Source: Rhodospirillales bacterium (GTDB taxonomy: Bacteria; Pseudomonadota; Alphaproteobacteria; Rhodospirillales; CALINB01). From it: a stretch of 53,382 bases of DNA. The DNA lies in contig JBBDTH010000024.1 in assembly GCA_040904505.1 (NCBI GenBank), positions 1 to 53,382 on the forward strand, written 5' to 3'. The notes below the pieces were generated by a model. That model had not been told where the DNA came from, made no database searches, and saw nothing but the letters and a program-made list of their open reading frames with translations. Position numbers and translations under genes: made by a program. Each line of letters begins with the position of its first letter. Positions within the stretch are counted from its first letter, which is position 1. Shown here piece after piece: positions 18,437 to 32,589 of this stretch.

Positions 18437-18721
18437 ATGGCGGCACTGCAATCGAGCGGACAGGCAAGCGATATCGGTTGGGGAAAGGTTTTCAGAATTT
18501 GGTGGCTGCTCGCCTGGCGGTGGCTGGCCGGCATGCTGATCATCGGCGGCGGCATCGGGTATCTGCTCGGCCTGCTGCTCGCCAAGGCGGGCGCCGGCCA
18601 AGACGCGATCACCGCGATTCATTCGATCGTCGGCATCGCGATTTTCGTATTTTGGGGGCTTGCCGTCGTTCGCATGGCGCTCAATAAATACTACCGGGAT
18701 TTTCGCATCACGCTGACTTAG
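18437..18721 (+). CDS. Hypothetical small membrane protein (2 TM helices)
   Basis: RBS AAGGAG, two hydrophobic segments, WW...WR and K..RDFRI.L; 16 bp upstream of the OsmC gene. Confidence 0.75.
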   Translation: MAALQSSGQASDIGWGKVFRIWWLLAWRWLAGMLIIGGGIGYLLGLLLAKAGAGQDAITAIHSIVGIAIFVFWGLAVVRMALNKYYRDFRITLT

Positions 18722-18737
18722 AAAAGGCCCCCCGCAC

Positions 18738-19160
18738 ATGCAGGCACGGATCAAATGGGTCCAGGACAGGACGTTCCTGGGCGAATCGGGTAGCGGCCAC
18801 ACCATCGTCATGGACGGCGCGCCCGAGGCGGGCGGGCGCGATCTCGGCGTGCGCCCGATGGAAACGCTGCTGATCGGCATGGGCGGCTGCACGGCCTTCG
18901 ACGTGGTACACATCCTTGAGAAGTCCCGCGAGCCGGTCGAGGACTGCGTCGCCGACATCACCGCCGAGCGGGCCGAAGAAGACCCCAAGGTCTTCACAAA
19001 AATCCACGTGAAATTCACCGTCAGCGGTAAAAATCTCAAGCGCGAGAAGGTCGAACGCGCGGTTCGCTTGTCGGCGGAAAAATATTGCTCGGCCTCGATC
19101 ATGCTCGCCAAAACCGCCGAAATCACCCACGAGATCGAGATCGTCGACACCGCCGCCTGA
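18738..19160 (+). CDS. OsmC family protein (YhfA-like)
   Basis: SGSGH..VMDG, RPME.LL.G.GGCTAFDVV.IL.K, LSAEKYCSAS.ML. Confidence 0.93.
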   Translation: MQARIKWVQDRTFLGESGSGHTIVMDGAPEAGGRDLGVRPMETLLIGMGGCTAFDVVHILEKSREPVEDCVADITAERAEEDPKVFTKIHVKFTVSGKNLKREKVERAVRLSAEKYCSASIMLAKTAEITHEIEIVDTAA

Positions 19161-19256
19161 GCGTCGGCTCACCAGACAGGCCGTAGCGCCTTGATTTTGC
19201 CGGAATTCGGTCTCACTTTATTCCTACGTCCTTTGCCCATTATCAGGAGAACTCTC

Positions 19257-19487
19257 ATGACCATGCCGAAAGCCGTTTTTTTCGGCCTCGCCCTCATTGC
19301 GCTCGCCGTCGTTTTCAACAAGGAAGCCGTGACCCAGACAACGGCGGGCGCGAGCGGCACGTACGCCATCACCTCATCGGCCGATACCTCGGTCTGGCGC
19401 GTCAACACCCTCTCGGGGCAGGTTTCGTATTGCCGCAAGGAATTCGCCAATGCCCCGGCCAAATGCGGTTCCTGGTCGACGCCGTAA
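19257..19487 (+). CDS. Hypothetical small exported protein
   Basis: RBS AGGAG, N-terminal signal/TM segment, VWRVNTLSGQVSYC...CGSW with two Cys. Confidence 0.7.
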   Translation: MTMPKAVFFGLALIALAVVFNKEAVTQTTAGASGTYAITSSADTSVWRVNTLSGQVSYCRKEFANAPAKCGSWSTP

Positions 19488-19584
19488 GGGCCGCCGGTCA
19501 TCCTTCGGTATAGCTTATCCCTCGGGATAATGGAGCGGCGGCGGCGGTTCCTTTAGAATTCAGGCATGCTATCGAATAGGGAGC

Positions 19585-19809
19585 ATGCCGATGCCGCTAT
19601 GCAATCAAACTCTACAAAGCCCCATTCCCGAAGAGGAAAACCGCTACGGACTCGTCGGCAATCGTCTGATGGTTTTTTGCTCGCGCAACGCATCGGCCGG
19701 GCGGGCCGAAACCGCCGCGATGAACGAGACCGAAACCGGCGATGAGGGTTCGTCGCCGCGGCCCCTGTGGCCCGACTGGCTCAAGTCCACTTTCCGGTCT
19801 CATCCGTAA
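19585..19809 (+). CDS. Possible small hypothetical protein
   Basis: GGGAG RBS before ATG and fills an intergenic gap; no recognisable motif. Confidence 0.3.
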   Translation: MPMPLCNQTLQSPIPEEENRYGLVGNRLMVFCSRNASAGRAETAAMNETETGDEGSSPRPLWPDWLKSTFRSHP

Positions 19810-19942
19810 TTTTTCGTTCTTCTCCCCCCCCCCAAGATCGGATTATGGTTATCGGAACCACGCGATGTTTCCGGCAAACCCCGATCCGATCCGGGAAACG
19901 CCGCTCGTCATCGCATACACGATCGACCACGGGAGACACCAC

Positions 19943-20308
19943 ATGCCGGACGATACCCCTCAACCGCCTTGGTTTTTCAACCTTCACGAGGCCACCCAAG
20001 GCCTGAAACGCGAACTGGCGGCCGGGATCAACACCCGCATTTTCGTCGGCGACAACGTCATGCTGTCTGTCGTGCGCATCGAGCCGAACACGGAAGGCAC
20101 GCTTCACAGCCACGACGAGGAACAATGGGGCGTCGTTCTCGAGGGCGCGTGCGTGCGCATTCAGGACGGCCGGGAAATTCCCGCCAAGGCCGGCGACTTC
20201 TGGTGGACGCGCGGCGGCGTCGAGCACAACGTGCGTACCGGCGAACAGGCCTGCACGGTTCTCGATATTTTCAGTCCGCCGCGCGAGGAATACAAAAAAG
20301 CGGGGTAA
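19943..20308 (+). CDS. Cupin domain protein (KdgF-like)
   Basis: RBS GGGAG; HSHDEEQ, GGVEH, LDIFSPPREEY. Confidence 0.85.
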   Translation: MPDDTPQPPWFFNLHEATQGLKRELAAGINTRIFVGDNVMLSVVRIEPNTEGTLHSHDEEQWGVVLEGACVRIQDGREIPAKAGDFWWTRGGVEHNVRTGEQACTVLDIFSPPREEYKKAG

Positions 20309-20429
20309 GGATACGGCGATCCCGATCACGATTAACGGCCGAAATTTGCCAATCCCCGGAAAAATCGTTACTCTACGATAAGAAATAAATATCAATAATA
20401 ATGAGTATCAATAAGGGGGGACGGGACTC

Positions 20430-20918
20430 ATGTTGGGCGCGCGTTGGTCGGCAATCGTATTGTCTTTGCTTCTGGCGGGAGGCTTCGGGCCGGGCACGGC
20501 GAGCGGCAAGGAGGTACCGGAACGCCCGATTGCCGTACGGGTCAATCCCTTGAGCATTCCGGTCGCCAAACCGAACAATGCCGGCAACACGGAATTCATC
20601 ACCGTTTATCTGGTCGTGAATAAAAAAAGCCACGTCGAAAATGCCTGCTATTGGATTCCGCGCATTCGCGACGCCCTGATGCAGACCTTCTACCAAAGCC
20701 CGATGGCGTGGGATCATTTCACCAAACTGCATTTGGGCGCGGAAGATGCCCGGCTCTATCGGACCGTGCAATACGCCCTCAACGACAAAGGCTTGGTGGC
20801 CAGGGTGCACGCGGCCCCCAGTGTCCTTACATCGGCCAAAAGCCTGATAGCGCTTAAAAATACACCCATCACCAAGTGCAAGGTCGAGAAAGCCGAAAAA
20901 GACAAGAAAAAACACTGA
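20430..20918 (+). CDS. Exported hypothetical protein, FliL-like domain (paralog A)
   Basis: Signal peptide; PLSIPV...ITVYLVV...PRIRDALM...V.RV pattern resembles the FliL periplasmic domain. Confidence 0.65.
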   Translation: MLGARWSAIVLSLLLAGGFGPGTASGKEVPERPIAVRVNPLSIPVAKPNNAGNTEFITVYLVVNKKSHVENACYWIPRIRDALMQTFYQSPMAWDHFTKLHLGAEDARLYRTVQYALNDKGLVARVHAAPSVLTSAKSLIALKNTPITKCKVEKAEKDKKKH

Positions 20919-21013
20919 TTGCCGGATCTTTCGCCGGCTGTGACTATCGTCACGGCACGATGTCTTCCGATACGCTATACTACATAACAATGATAAATCT
21001 TCCGGGAAGAACG

Positions 21014-21544
21014 ATGATCGGCGCTTTGCGGCTGGGCCTTACCCTTATTCTCTGTTATTTCGGCGTGGCCGTCCTGCACGGCGGGCAGGCCGCCGCCGCC
21101 AAGAGACCGCCCGCGATACAAATGCCCCCCATCATGGTTCCCGTGAAACTGCCCAACGGCGATATCCGCAAGGCCGAAGTGACCGTTTACGCGGTTATCC
21201 CCGACGTCGATTTCATCGAGGCGGCGTGCGCCTATCGCATGACAATCAACAATACGATCCTGCGCGACATGAACGGAAGGCCGATGACTCTCGAGCAATG
21301 GGGCAAGCTCGAGCTCGGCAGCCAGGACGTCCGCCTGTCGCGCCTCGTGAACGCGGCCCTGCAAAAAGAATGGATCGTTCAGATTCACGCGGTCGCCGGC
21401 ACCCGCGCCCGGCCGAAATACACGCCCTGGACCGAACGGGTCAGGCTTTTGACGTGCGCGGATTGGGAGAGCTGGAAAAAACGGAAGCCGCCGCCGCCGC
21501 CGCCGATTTTCAACGAACCGATCTTCAGACAGTTCCGCCAATAG
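21014..21544 (+). CDS. Exported hypothetical protein, FliL-like domain (paralog B), poly-Pro tail
   Basis: Signal peptide ending QAAAA; collinear similarity to paralog A. Start could instead be 20990. Confidence 0.65.
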   Translation: MIGALRLGLTLILCYFGVAVLHGGQAAAAKRPPAIQMPPIMVPVKLPNGDIRKAEVTVYAVIPDVDFIEAACAYRMTINNTILRDMNGRPMTLEQWGKLELGSQDVRLSRLVNAALQKEWIVQIHAVAGTRARPKYTPWTERVRLLTCADWESWKKRKPPPPPPIFNEPIFRQFRQ

Positions 21545-21628
21545 CGCCCTATACTTTAGTATCGTTTCGGCGTTCGGACGGGCCTGATAGGGTGCATACC
21601 CCTGTCATCACGCCCCACGCCCACTTCC

Positions 21629-26210
<4,582 letters not shown>

Positions 26211-26223
26211 ACCGCGGGGTCCG

Positions 26224-27039
26224 TCACCAAAGCTTGTACCAAGGCTTCTCCCTGGGGCGGATATGCCGCTCTTCGACCAACTCGTAGGAATCGATATACC
26301 ATTCGCTGCCCGGGTAGTTATGCCCCAACACCGCCGCCGTCTTGCGCGCCTCGCCTATGACGCCCAAGGCCAGATACGCTTCGGTCAGGCGGTGCAGCGC
26401 TTCGGGAACGTGAGTCGTCGTCTGAAAATTGTCGACCACCGTTTTAAATCGGTTGATCGCCGCCAGATAGCGCCGTTGCTTGAGATAATAACGCCCGATA
26501 TCCATCTCCTTGCCGGCCAAGTGATCCTGGGTCAGCTCGATCTTGACCTTGGCGTCGCGGGCATACGGGCTGTCGGGAAACCGGGTCACCAATTCGCGCA
26601 GCGATTTCAGGGCCAATTCGGTCATTTGCTGATCGCGCGACACGTCCGAGATTTGCTCGTAATAGCAAAGCCCCTTCAGGTAATAGGCGTAGGGAACGTC
26701 CTTATGGGCGGGATGCAATTGGATGAAACGATCCAACGCGATGATGGCGCTGTCGTATTGGTTGTACAGATAGTGCGCATACGCGGCCATGATCTTCGCG
26801 CGCGTCGCCCACATAGAATAGGGATGCTGGCGCTCGACCTCGTCGAACTCCTGGGCGGCGAAAGCGAAATCGCCCCGGTCCATGGCCTTCATGGCGGTTT
26901 CGTAGATACCGGCGACCGGCCGCTCGACGTACTTCTTGGCCTCGTCGCCGCCGCTGCACGCCGCGAGCGCCAGCCCCGCCGTCAGAACGACGGCGGCCGA
27001 AAGGCGGCGGCGGGAAAAGGTGAGGAGTCGATATGTCAT
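26224..27039 (-). CDS. bamD: Outer membrane protein assembly factor BamD (ComL lipoprotein)
   Basis: Lipobox LAAC, EVERQHPYS.WA, RDQ..T, DHLAGKEM.IGRYY. Confidence 0.95.
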   Translation of the reverse strand: MTYRLLTFSRRRLSAAVVLTAGLALAACSGGDEAKKYVERPVAGIYETAMKAMDRGDFAFAAQEFDEVERQHPYSMWATRAKIMAAYAHYLYNQYDSAIIALDRFIQLHPAHKDVPYAYYLKGLCYYEQISDVSRDQQMTELALKSLRELVTRFPDSPYARDAKVKIELTQDHLAGKEMDIGRYYLKQRRYLAAINRFKTVVDNFQTTTHVPEALHRLTEAYLALGVIGEARKTAAVLGHNYPGSEWYIDSYELVEERHIRPREKPWYKLW

Positions 27040-27188
27040 GTTCGATCAGGAATAGGTCAGACCATCGGTTCAAGCGGCGCAAAGTATATCATGGTGTTTA
27101 AGCGGAGGCACACCCCATGGGCGCAAAGCGGCCACGCCGATATACTGCCGGAAAAGACGGGGGTAAAGAGGCTAAAGCGGGCGGCGAA

Positions 27189-28211
27189 TCAGGCGGTTGC
27201 CGCCAGGAGCGATTCGGTGACGTCGGGCAGGCCGTGATCGCCGACCGACGCCGTGGTCAGATCGGCCCGCAGATCGACGTAGCTCCAATTGGAGGGATCG
27301 GCGAAAACGGCCCGGAGAAGACCGTTGTTCGCGGCATGGCCCGAGCAAATGCCGTGGAAATGGCCGATCAGAGGAGCACCCGCCAGATACAGATCGCCGA
27401 CCGCGTCGAGCATTTTATGACGCACGAACTCGTCATCGAAACGCAAGCCGTCCTCGTTCAGGATTTTATCGTCGCTGACGACGACGGCGTTTTCCAGGGA
27501 ACCGCCCTTGGCCAGCCCAAGCTCCCAAAGAGCCTCGACTTCATGGAGAAATCCGAAGGTTCGGGCACGTGCCAGCTCGCGCTTGAAGGTTCCGTTGATC
27601 AAGCCGATGGCGAAACTTTGGCGGGAAACGACAGGGCTGTCGAAATCGATCTCGAACGCGACCGAAAAACCGTCGCCGGGCCGCAACGCGGCAACCCACT
27701 CACCGCCTTCGACCCGCACCGGCTTTTCGATACGGATCGCACGGCGCGGGCGATCCTGTTCCAGCGTGCCCGCGCACTCGATCAAAAACACGAACGGCGC
27801 GGAACTGCCGTCCATGACCGGCACTTCCGGGCCGTCGATTTCAACGATGGCGTTGTCGATCCCGCATCCGGCCAAGGCCGCCATCAGGTGTTCGATCGTG
27901 GCGACGGTCGTGCCGGCATCGTTTCCGACGGTCGTACACAAACGCGTATCGACGACGTTTTGCCAGGAAGCCGCGACGACCGCGCCGCTTCCGCCGATAT
28001 CGGTGCGCCTGAAAACAATACCCGTATCCGGCGCGGCGGAGCGCAACGTCAAGGAAACCTTGGCCCCGGAGTGGAGCCCCACGCCGGAACAACCGATGGT
28101 GCTTTTCAGGGTGTGCTGACGAAAGCCGTTGCGGCTGCCGCTCGAGGACGATTGCCCGGTCGAGCGGTCCGACTTCGCCATGTATTTAGGGCCGGTCTTT
28201 GCGATTGCCAT
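27189..28211 (-). CDS. lpxC: UDP-3-O-acyl-N-acetylglucosamine deacetylase (start may be 28181)
   Basis: [45 protein letters not shown]. Confidence 0.96.
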   Translation of the reverse strand: MAIAKTGPKYMAKSDRSTGQSSSSGSRNGFRQHTLKSTIGCSGVGLHSGAKVSLTLRSAAPDTGIVFRRTDIGGSGAVVAASWQNVVDTRLCTTVGNDAGTTVATIEHLMAALAGCGIDNAIVEIDGPEVPVMDGSSAPFVFLIECAGTLEQDRPRRAIRIEKPVRVEGGEWVAALRPGDGFSVAFEIDFDSPVVSRQSFAIGLINGTFKRELARARTFGFLHEVEALWELGLAKGGSLENAVVVSDDKILNEDGLRFDDEFVRHKMLDAVGDLYLAGAPLIGHFHGICSGHAANNGLLRAVFADPSNWSYVDLRADLTTASVGDHGLPDVTESLLAATA

Positions 28212-28308
28212 GACTCTTATTGTTCCCTTTTTGTCTCCTTTTTGCCGGAGTCAACGCCCTCTCGGACCCGCATCCGGCGCCCCTTTGGAGTCGGGACTAC
28301 CAGGAGCG

Positions 28309-28362
28309 TATGTAACAACTGCTCCCGGTGCCCTCAAATCAATCTTTGTTTCAGAATGTTAC
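28309..28362 (-). promoter_or_regulatory. Putative lpxC promoter with upstream direct repeat
   Basis: Minus strand TTGAGG-N17-TACATA, preceded by GTAACA-ttct-GAAACA. Confidence 0.35.
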
Positions 28363-28382
28363 GTCTCCTCAAGGACTTAGCC

Positions 28383-30284
28383 TCAGTTCGCCTGACGGCG
28401 CAAAAACGCCGGAATATCGAGCAAATCCTCGTCCTCCGGCGCCGAAACCAGCCGATCCACGGGATTCATCCCGCCCAGCTCGCGCTGCGACTCGCCCGAG
28501 GCCATCTCGGCGGATTCGGCCGATTTCGCGGCCGATTCGGCTGCCGGATGTTGCGTGATCGTCGCCGACAGTGCCGGTTTCGATACCGGTTTGGGGGCCG
28601 ATTTCGGGGCCGATGCCATAGCCGGCATCGCCTCGGTCGGACGGGCCCGGCCCGTTCCGGTCACCCGCTCGAACAGCGACGGGCCCTTTTTCTTGGGCGC
28701 CGCTTCCGCCATGTCCGCGATCGCGGAATCGGTTCCCGTTGCCCTGGCGTCGAGCGGCACGTCCAGGCGCGTTTGCGGCTCGATTTCGTCGTGCGCCTCG
28801 GATTTGCGCGCGCCGTTGGCCATGGCGGCGACGGCGAACGGGTCCGGGCTCTTGCGGACCTCGCCGGTTTCGCGTTCCACCGGCGCCGGCGGAATATACG
28901 CATCGCTGGCGTTGGCCGACGGCATGGCCGCGGGTTTGCCTTCCGGAGCGGATTTGAGGGCCGGTTTTTGCGCGGCGACCGCCGTGCGAACCGGCTTCGG
29001 CGCGTCTGCCTCGGGTTGCGCGGCAGCCTCGGGTTGCGCGGCGGCGGCCGCGGGCGCGGCTTGCGGTTTCACGTTGACCGTAACCGTTTTCGCCTTGCCC
29101 GACGGATGGGACGAAACGACCGGCGCCCATTCCTTGACCGGCTCGCTGATGTCGGGCGCGGCCTCGGACGGTTGCGGCGCTGCCTGAGCCGCTGCCGGGA
29201 TCGGGGCCGGGGCCTCCGTCTGCGGCGCCGTCGTCGACACGGTTTGCGGTTTCGGCCGCTCGATCTTTTCCATGAGCCTGACCATCGGCGGCAACGGCTG
29301 CTTGATCATCCCGGCGTCGATCCCGGTGGCGACCACGGAAACGCGCATACGCCCGTCCATGGTTTCGTCGAAGGTCGAGCCGAAGATGATATAGGCTTCC
29401 GAATCCACTTCCTTGCGAATCCGTTCGGCGGCTTCGTCGACCTCGAACAGGGTCATATCCATGCCGCCCGTGATGTTGATCAAAACGCCCTTGGCGCCCT
29501 GCATCGAGGTGTCGTCGAGCAGCGGGTTCGAAATCGCCGCTTCGGCGGCGTCGATGGCCCGGGTTTCGCCCTCGGCTTCGCCGGTTCCCATCATCGCCTT
29601 GCCCATCTCGCTCATGACCGAACGCACGTCGGCGAAATCGAGGTTAATCAGGCCCGGCATCACCATCAGGTCGGTCACGCCGCGAACCCCGGAATACAAG
29701 ACCCGGTCGGCCATGGAGAATGCATCGGCGAACGTGGTTTTCTCGTTGGCGACGCGGAACAGATTCTGGTTCGGAATGATGATCAGCGTATCGACGTATT
29801 GTTCCAGTTCCTGAATGCCGGTATCCGCCAAACGCATGCGGTGAACCCCTTCGAAATGGAACGGCTTGGTCACGACGCCGACCGTGAGGATCCCGTGCTC
29901 GCGGGCCGCCTTGGCGATCACCGGCGCGGCCCCCGTGCCGGTGCCCCCGCCCATGCCGGCGGCGATGAAGAGCATATGCGATCCTTGAATAAGGTCCAGG
30001 ATATCGTCCAGGGTTTCCTCGGCGGCGGCGCGGCCGACTTCGGGCTTCGAGCCCGCGCCGAGGCCCTGGGTGACGCCGACCCCCAATTGGATCGTCGTTT
30101 CCGCCCTCGAGAGGCCGAGCGCCTGGGCGTCCGTATTGGCGACCACGAATTCGACGCCCTCGAGTTCGGAAGCGATCATATTGTTGACGGCATTCCCGCC
30201 TGCGCCACCGACGCCCATGACGGTCAGACGCGGCTTCAATTCGTCGTGTTGTTGCGGCTTCGGAATGCTCAAGTTGATGCTCAT
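28383..30284 (-). CDS. ftsZ: Cell division protein FtsZ (long C-terminal linker)
   Basis: [30 protein letters not shown]-terminal [12 protein letters not shown]. Confidence 0.98.
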   Translation of the reverse strand: MSINLSIPKPQQHDELKPRLTVMGVGGAGGNAVNNMIASELEGVEFVVANTDAQALGLSRAETTIQLGVGVTQGLGAGSKPEVGRAAAEETLDDILDLIQGSHMLFIAAGMGGGTGTGAAPVIAKAAREHGILTVGVVTKPFHFEGVHRMRLADTGIQELEQYVDTLIIIPNQNLFRVANEKTTFADAFSMADRVLYSGVRGVTDLMVMPGLINLDFADVRSVMSEMGKAMMGTGEAEGETRAIDAAEAAISNPLLDDTSMQGAKGVLINITGGMDMTLFEVDEAAERIRKEVDSEAYIIFGSTFDETMDGRMRVSVVATGIDAGMIKQPLPPMVRLMEKIERPKPQTVSTTAPQTEAPAPIPAAAQAAPQPSEAAPDISEPVKEWAPVVSSHPSGKAKTVTVNVKPQAAPAAAAAQPEAAAQPEADAPKPVRTAVAAQKPALKSAPEGKPAAMPSANASDAYIPPAPVERETGEVRKSPDPFAVAAMANGARKSEAHDEIEPQTRLDVPLDARATGTDSAIADMAEAAPKKKGPSLFERVTGTGRARPTEAMPAMASAPKSAPKPVSKPALSATITQHPAAESAAKSAESAEMASGESQRELGGMNPVDRLVSAPEDEDLLDIPAFLRRQAN

Positions 30285-30402
30285 GAGATGCTCCTTGCGT
30301 TGGTCTTGATTTGTGAAAAGGTGAGATCCGGCGCCGTCGCCTCTACGGCATCGGAAAAACTCTCGTGAAACGGTTGCGATTTAGCGAAAAGACCTTCGAT
30401 CA

Positions 30403-31671
30403 TTAGAAATTTTCCCTCATCCACTGACCGATCCGGCCCAATCGGCTGGTCGGTTCCTCCAGGGGGCCGAAAAATTTGTTGGGTTGTTCGGCCTGATTGT
30501 TGATCGCGTAATGCAGAAGCCCCGCGCAGGTCGCGAAGGCGGGGCCGCTGACGGATTCGGCAAGTCCGCCGATCGGCAACAGCCGGCCCATGCGAACCTG
30601 TTTATCGAGAATCAAGGCGGCCAATTCACGCGCGCCCGACAACTGCGCGGCGCCGCCGGCCACCACGACCTGACGCCCGGCAACCTTGTCGAAACCGGCG
30701 TCCGCCAAGCGGGTACGCACCATTTCGAACGTCTCTTCGACGCGCGGGCGCACGATCCCGACCAGCATCGAGCGCGGCACCTGATAGGGTTCGCTCGCGG
30801 CATCCTCGCCGATCGGCGGTACCAGGATGGTTTCGCGGTCGTCGGACGGCGACGGCATCGCGCTGCCGTGCAGGGTTTTGATGCGCTCGGCCTGGGTGAG
30901 CGGCGTGGCCAGGCCGCGGGCAATGTCCATCGTCACGTGATTACCGCCGACCTGAATGCAATCGGTGTGAACCAATTCGCCGTCGAAGAAAACGGCGATC
31001 GACGTCGTGCCGCCGCCCATGTCGATATAGGTCACGCCGAGCTTTTTCTCGTCTTCCGTCAGGCACGCCAACGCGGAGGCGAACGGGGAAACGACTTTCG
31101 TCTCGATTTCCAGATGGCAGCGTCCGACCGTGGTTTCCAGATTGCGGACCGGGCCGGCGTTGGCCGAAATCGCATGCATGTTCACGCCGAGACGCTCGCC
31201 GTACATACCGCGCGGATCGCGCACGCCGCGATTGCCGTCGATGCTGTAGCCGACCGGAATGGCGTGAATCAGTTCGTAATTGTCCGGCTGATCGTGCAGC
31301 AGGCATTCCGTGTCCAGAATTCGCCGCAGATCGGAATCGCCGATTTGATGGCCGGCAATGGATATCTCGTAAGCGATGAGGCGCGACTGCTGCTGGTGCC
31401 CCGACAGATTGACGACCACGTCGCGAATGTTTTCGCCGGCCATATGCTCGGCCGTTTCGACCGTGGCGCGGATCGCCGCTTCGGCTTCGACCATGTCGAC
31501 AACGGCGCCGCACCGCAGACCGCGCGAAATCTGGTGGCCGATCCCGACAATCCGCAAACCGCTTTCGCTGTCGGCGCGGGCGATGAAGCAGCACACCTTT
31601 GTCGTCCCGACATCCAGTGCCGCGATCAACCCGTGGCGGGCTTTCGTATGAACGACACTTTTTCCCATCAT
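30403..31671 (-). CDS. ftsA: Cell division protein FtsA
   Basis: LDVGTTKV, IDMGGGTT, GGNHVT.DIA, AERIK, C-terminal W.RENF. Confidence 0.97.
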   Translation of the reverse strand: MMGKSVVHTKARHGLIAALDVGTTKVCCFIARADSESGLRIVGIGHQISRGLRCGAVVDMVEAEAAIRATVETAEHMAGENIRDVVVNLSGHQQQSRLIAYEISIAGHQIGDSDLRRILDTECLLHDQPDNYELIHAIPVGYSIDGNRGVRDPRGMYGERLGVNMHAISANAGPVRNLETTVGRCHLEIETKVVSPFASALACLTEDEKKLGVTYIDMGGGTTSIAVFFDGELVHTDCIQVGGNHVTMDIARGLATPLTQAERIKTLHGSAMPSPSDDRETILVPPIGEDAASEPYQVPRSMLVGIVRPRVEETFEMVRTRLADAGFDKVAGRQVVVAGGAAQLSGARELAALILDKQVRMGRLLPIGGLAESVSGPAFATCAGLLHYAINNQAEQPNKFFGPLEEPTSRLGRIGQWMRENF

Positions 31672-31728
31672 TACCGCCTTACCTTCCTCAACGTGTTTCC
31701 TCTTTCGAACGACACAGCGCTCAACCTC

Positions 31729-32589
31729 TTACGTCTCCCGGCCCGGTCCGCCGCCGGTCATGCCGGCGGGGTGCGATTTCGTACGCACGATCAAACGATC
31801 CGGCTGGCGCAGGTCGAGCACCGTCACGTTGCGGTCCAGGACACCGTGCTTGTGGTCGTATTCGGCCAGCCGCCGCCAGGCTTCCGCGGGACTGTCCTCG
31901 GGGAGCCGGACGTCGATGCCGCCGGTTAAACGAATGTTCCAACGCCGGTCGCCGACCCACACCGCCGCCTTGACCTTGGCCAGCAGCGCCGGTTCGCCGG
32001 CCAATACCTCGACGATGCCGAAAGCGTGCCGGGGCGCTTTCTCGCCGACGACGACGAGCAGGTTCGGAAATCTGCCCAGGTTCTTTCGCGTGATGACGAC
32101 GCCGCGATCGTCGATCAAGGCGAAGCGCCCCTTGTGTTGCCACAAGGCCAGCGGTTTGCGCTCCTCGATCCGCAGGTAAATCGTGTCGGGCAACATGCGC
32201 CGCACGATGGCGCGCCGGACCCACGGCAAGGCCTCGACCCGCTTGCGGGCAGCGTCGAGATCGAATGCCAGGATCGGTGCGCCGCGCGCCAGCCGAACCG
32301 CTTTCAGCAATTCCTTTTGTTCGGTTTCGCTCCGCCCGGAAACGAGAATATCCTGCACCGTGAAACCCAAACGGCCGGAGAGCGCGATCATCCGCCATTT
32401 CGCCTGATTGGCCCATTGCCCGGCCTGGCCCGACTCGACCGCCCACCAGCCGCCGCCCGCCGACAGCGCCAACACGAGAACAATCGCGCCCGGCAACGCC
32501 CACGCACGGCGCCATACCGGCACGACGCGCTTACGCGGCGGCGCTTTCCGGGATTTGGTTTTTTTGTTTTTAAAGCCGAAAAACTTCAT
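31729..32589 (-). CDS. ftsQ: Cell division protein FtsQ
   Basis: Single TM helix, POTRA domain (LPWV..A.V.R.LP), ER.P.A.WQ, RRW, LDLR.PDR. Confidence 0.95.
   Translation of the reverse strand: MKFFGFKNKKTKSRKAPPRKRVVPVWRRAWALPGAIVLVLALSAGGGWWAVESGQAGQWANQAKWRMIALSGRLGFTVQDILVSGRSETEQKELLKAVRLARGAPILAFDLDAARKRVEALPWVRRAIVRRMLPDTIYLRIEERKPLALWQHKGRFALIDDRGVVITRKNLGRFPNLLVVVGEKAPRHAFGIVEVLAGEPALLAKVKAAVWVGDRRWNIRLTGGIDVRLPEDSPAEAWRRLAEYDHKHGVLDRNVTVLDLRQPDRLIVRTKSHPAGMTGGGPGRET

Noticed and set aside
27117-30368. 1083-aa plus-strand ORF
   Set aside because: Antisense to lpxC and ftsZ with no domain motifs; best explained by codon bias, although it does cross the intergenic spacer.
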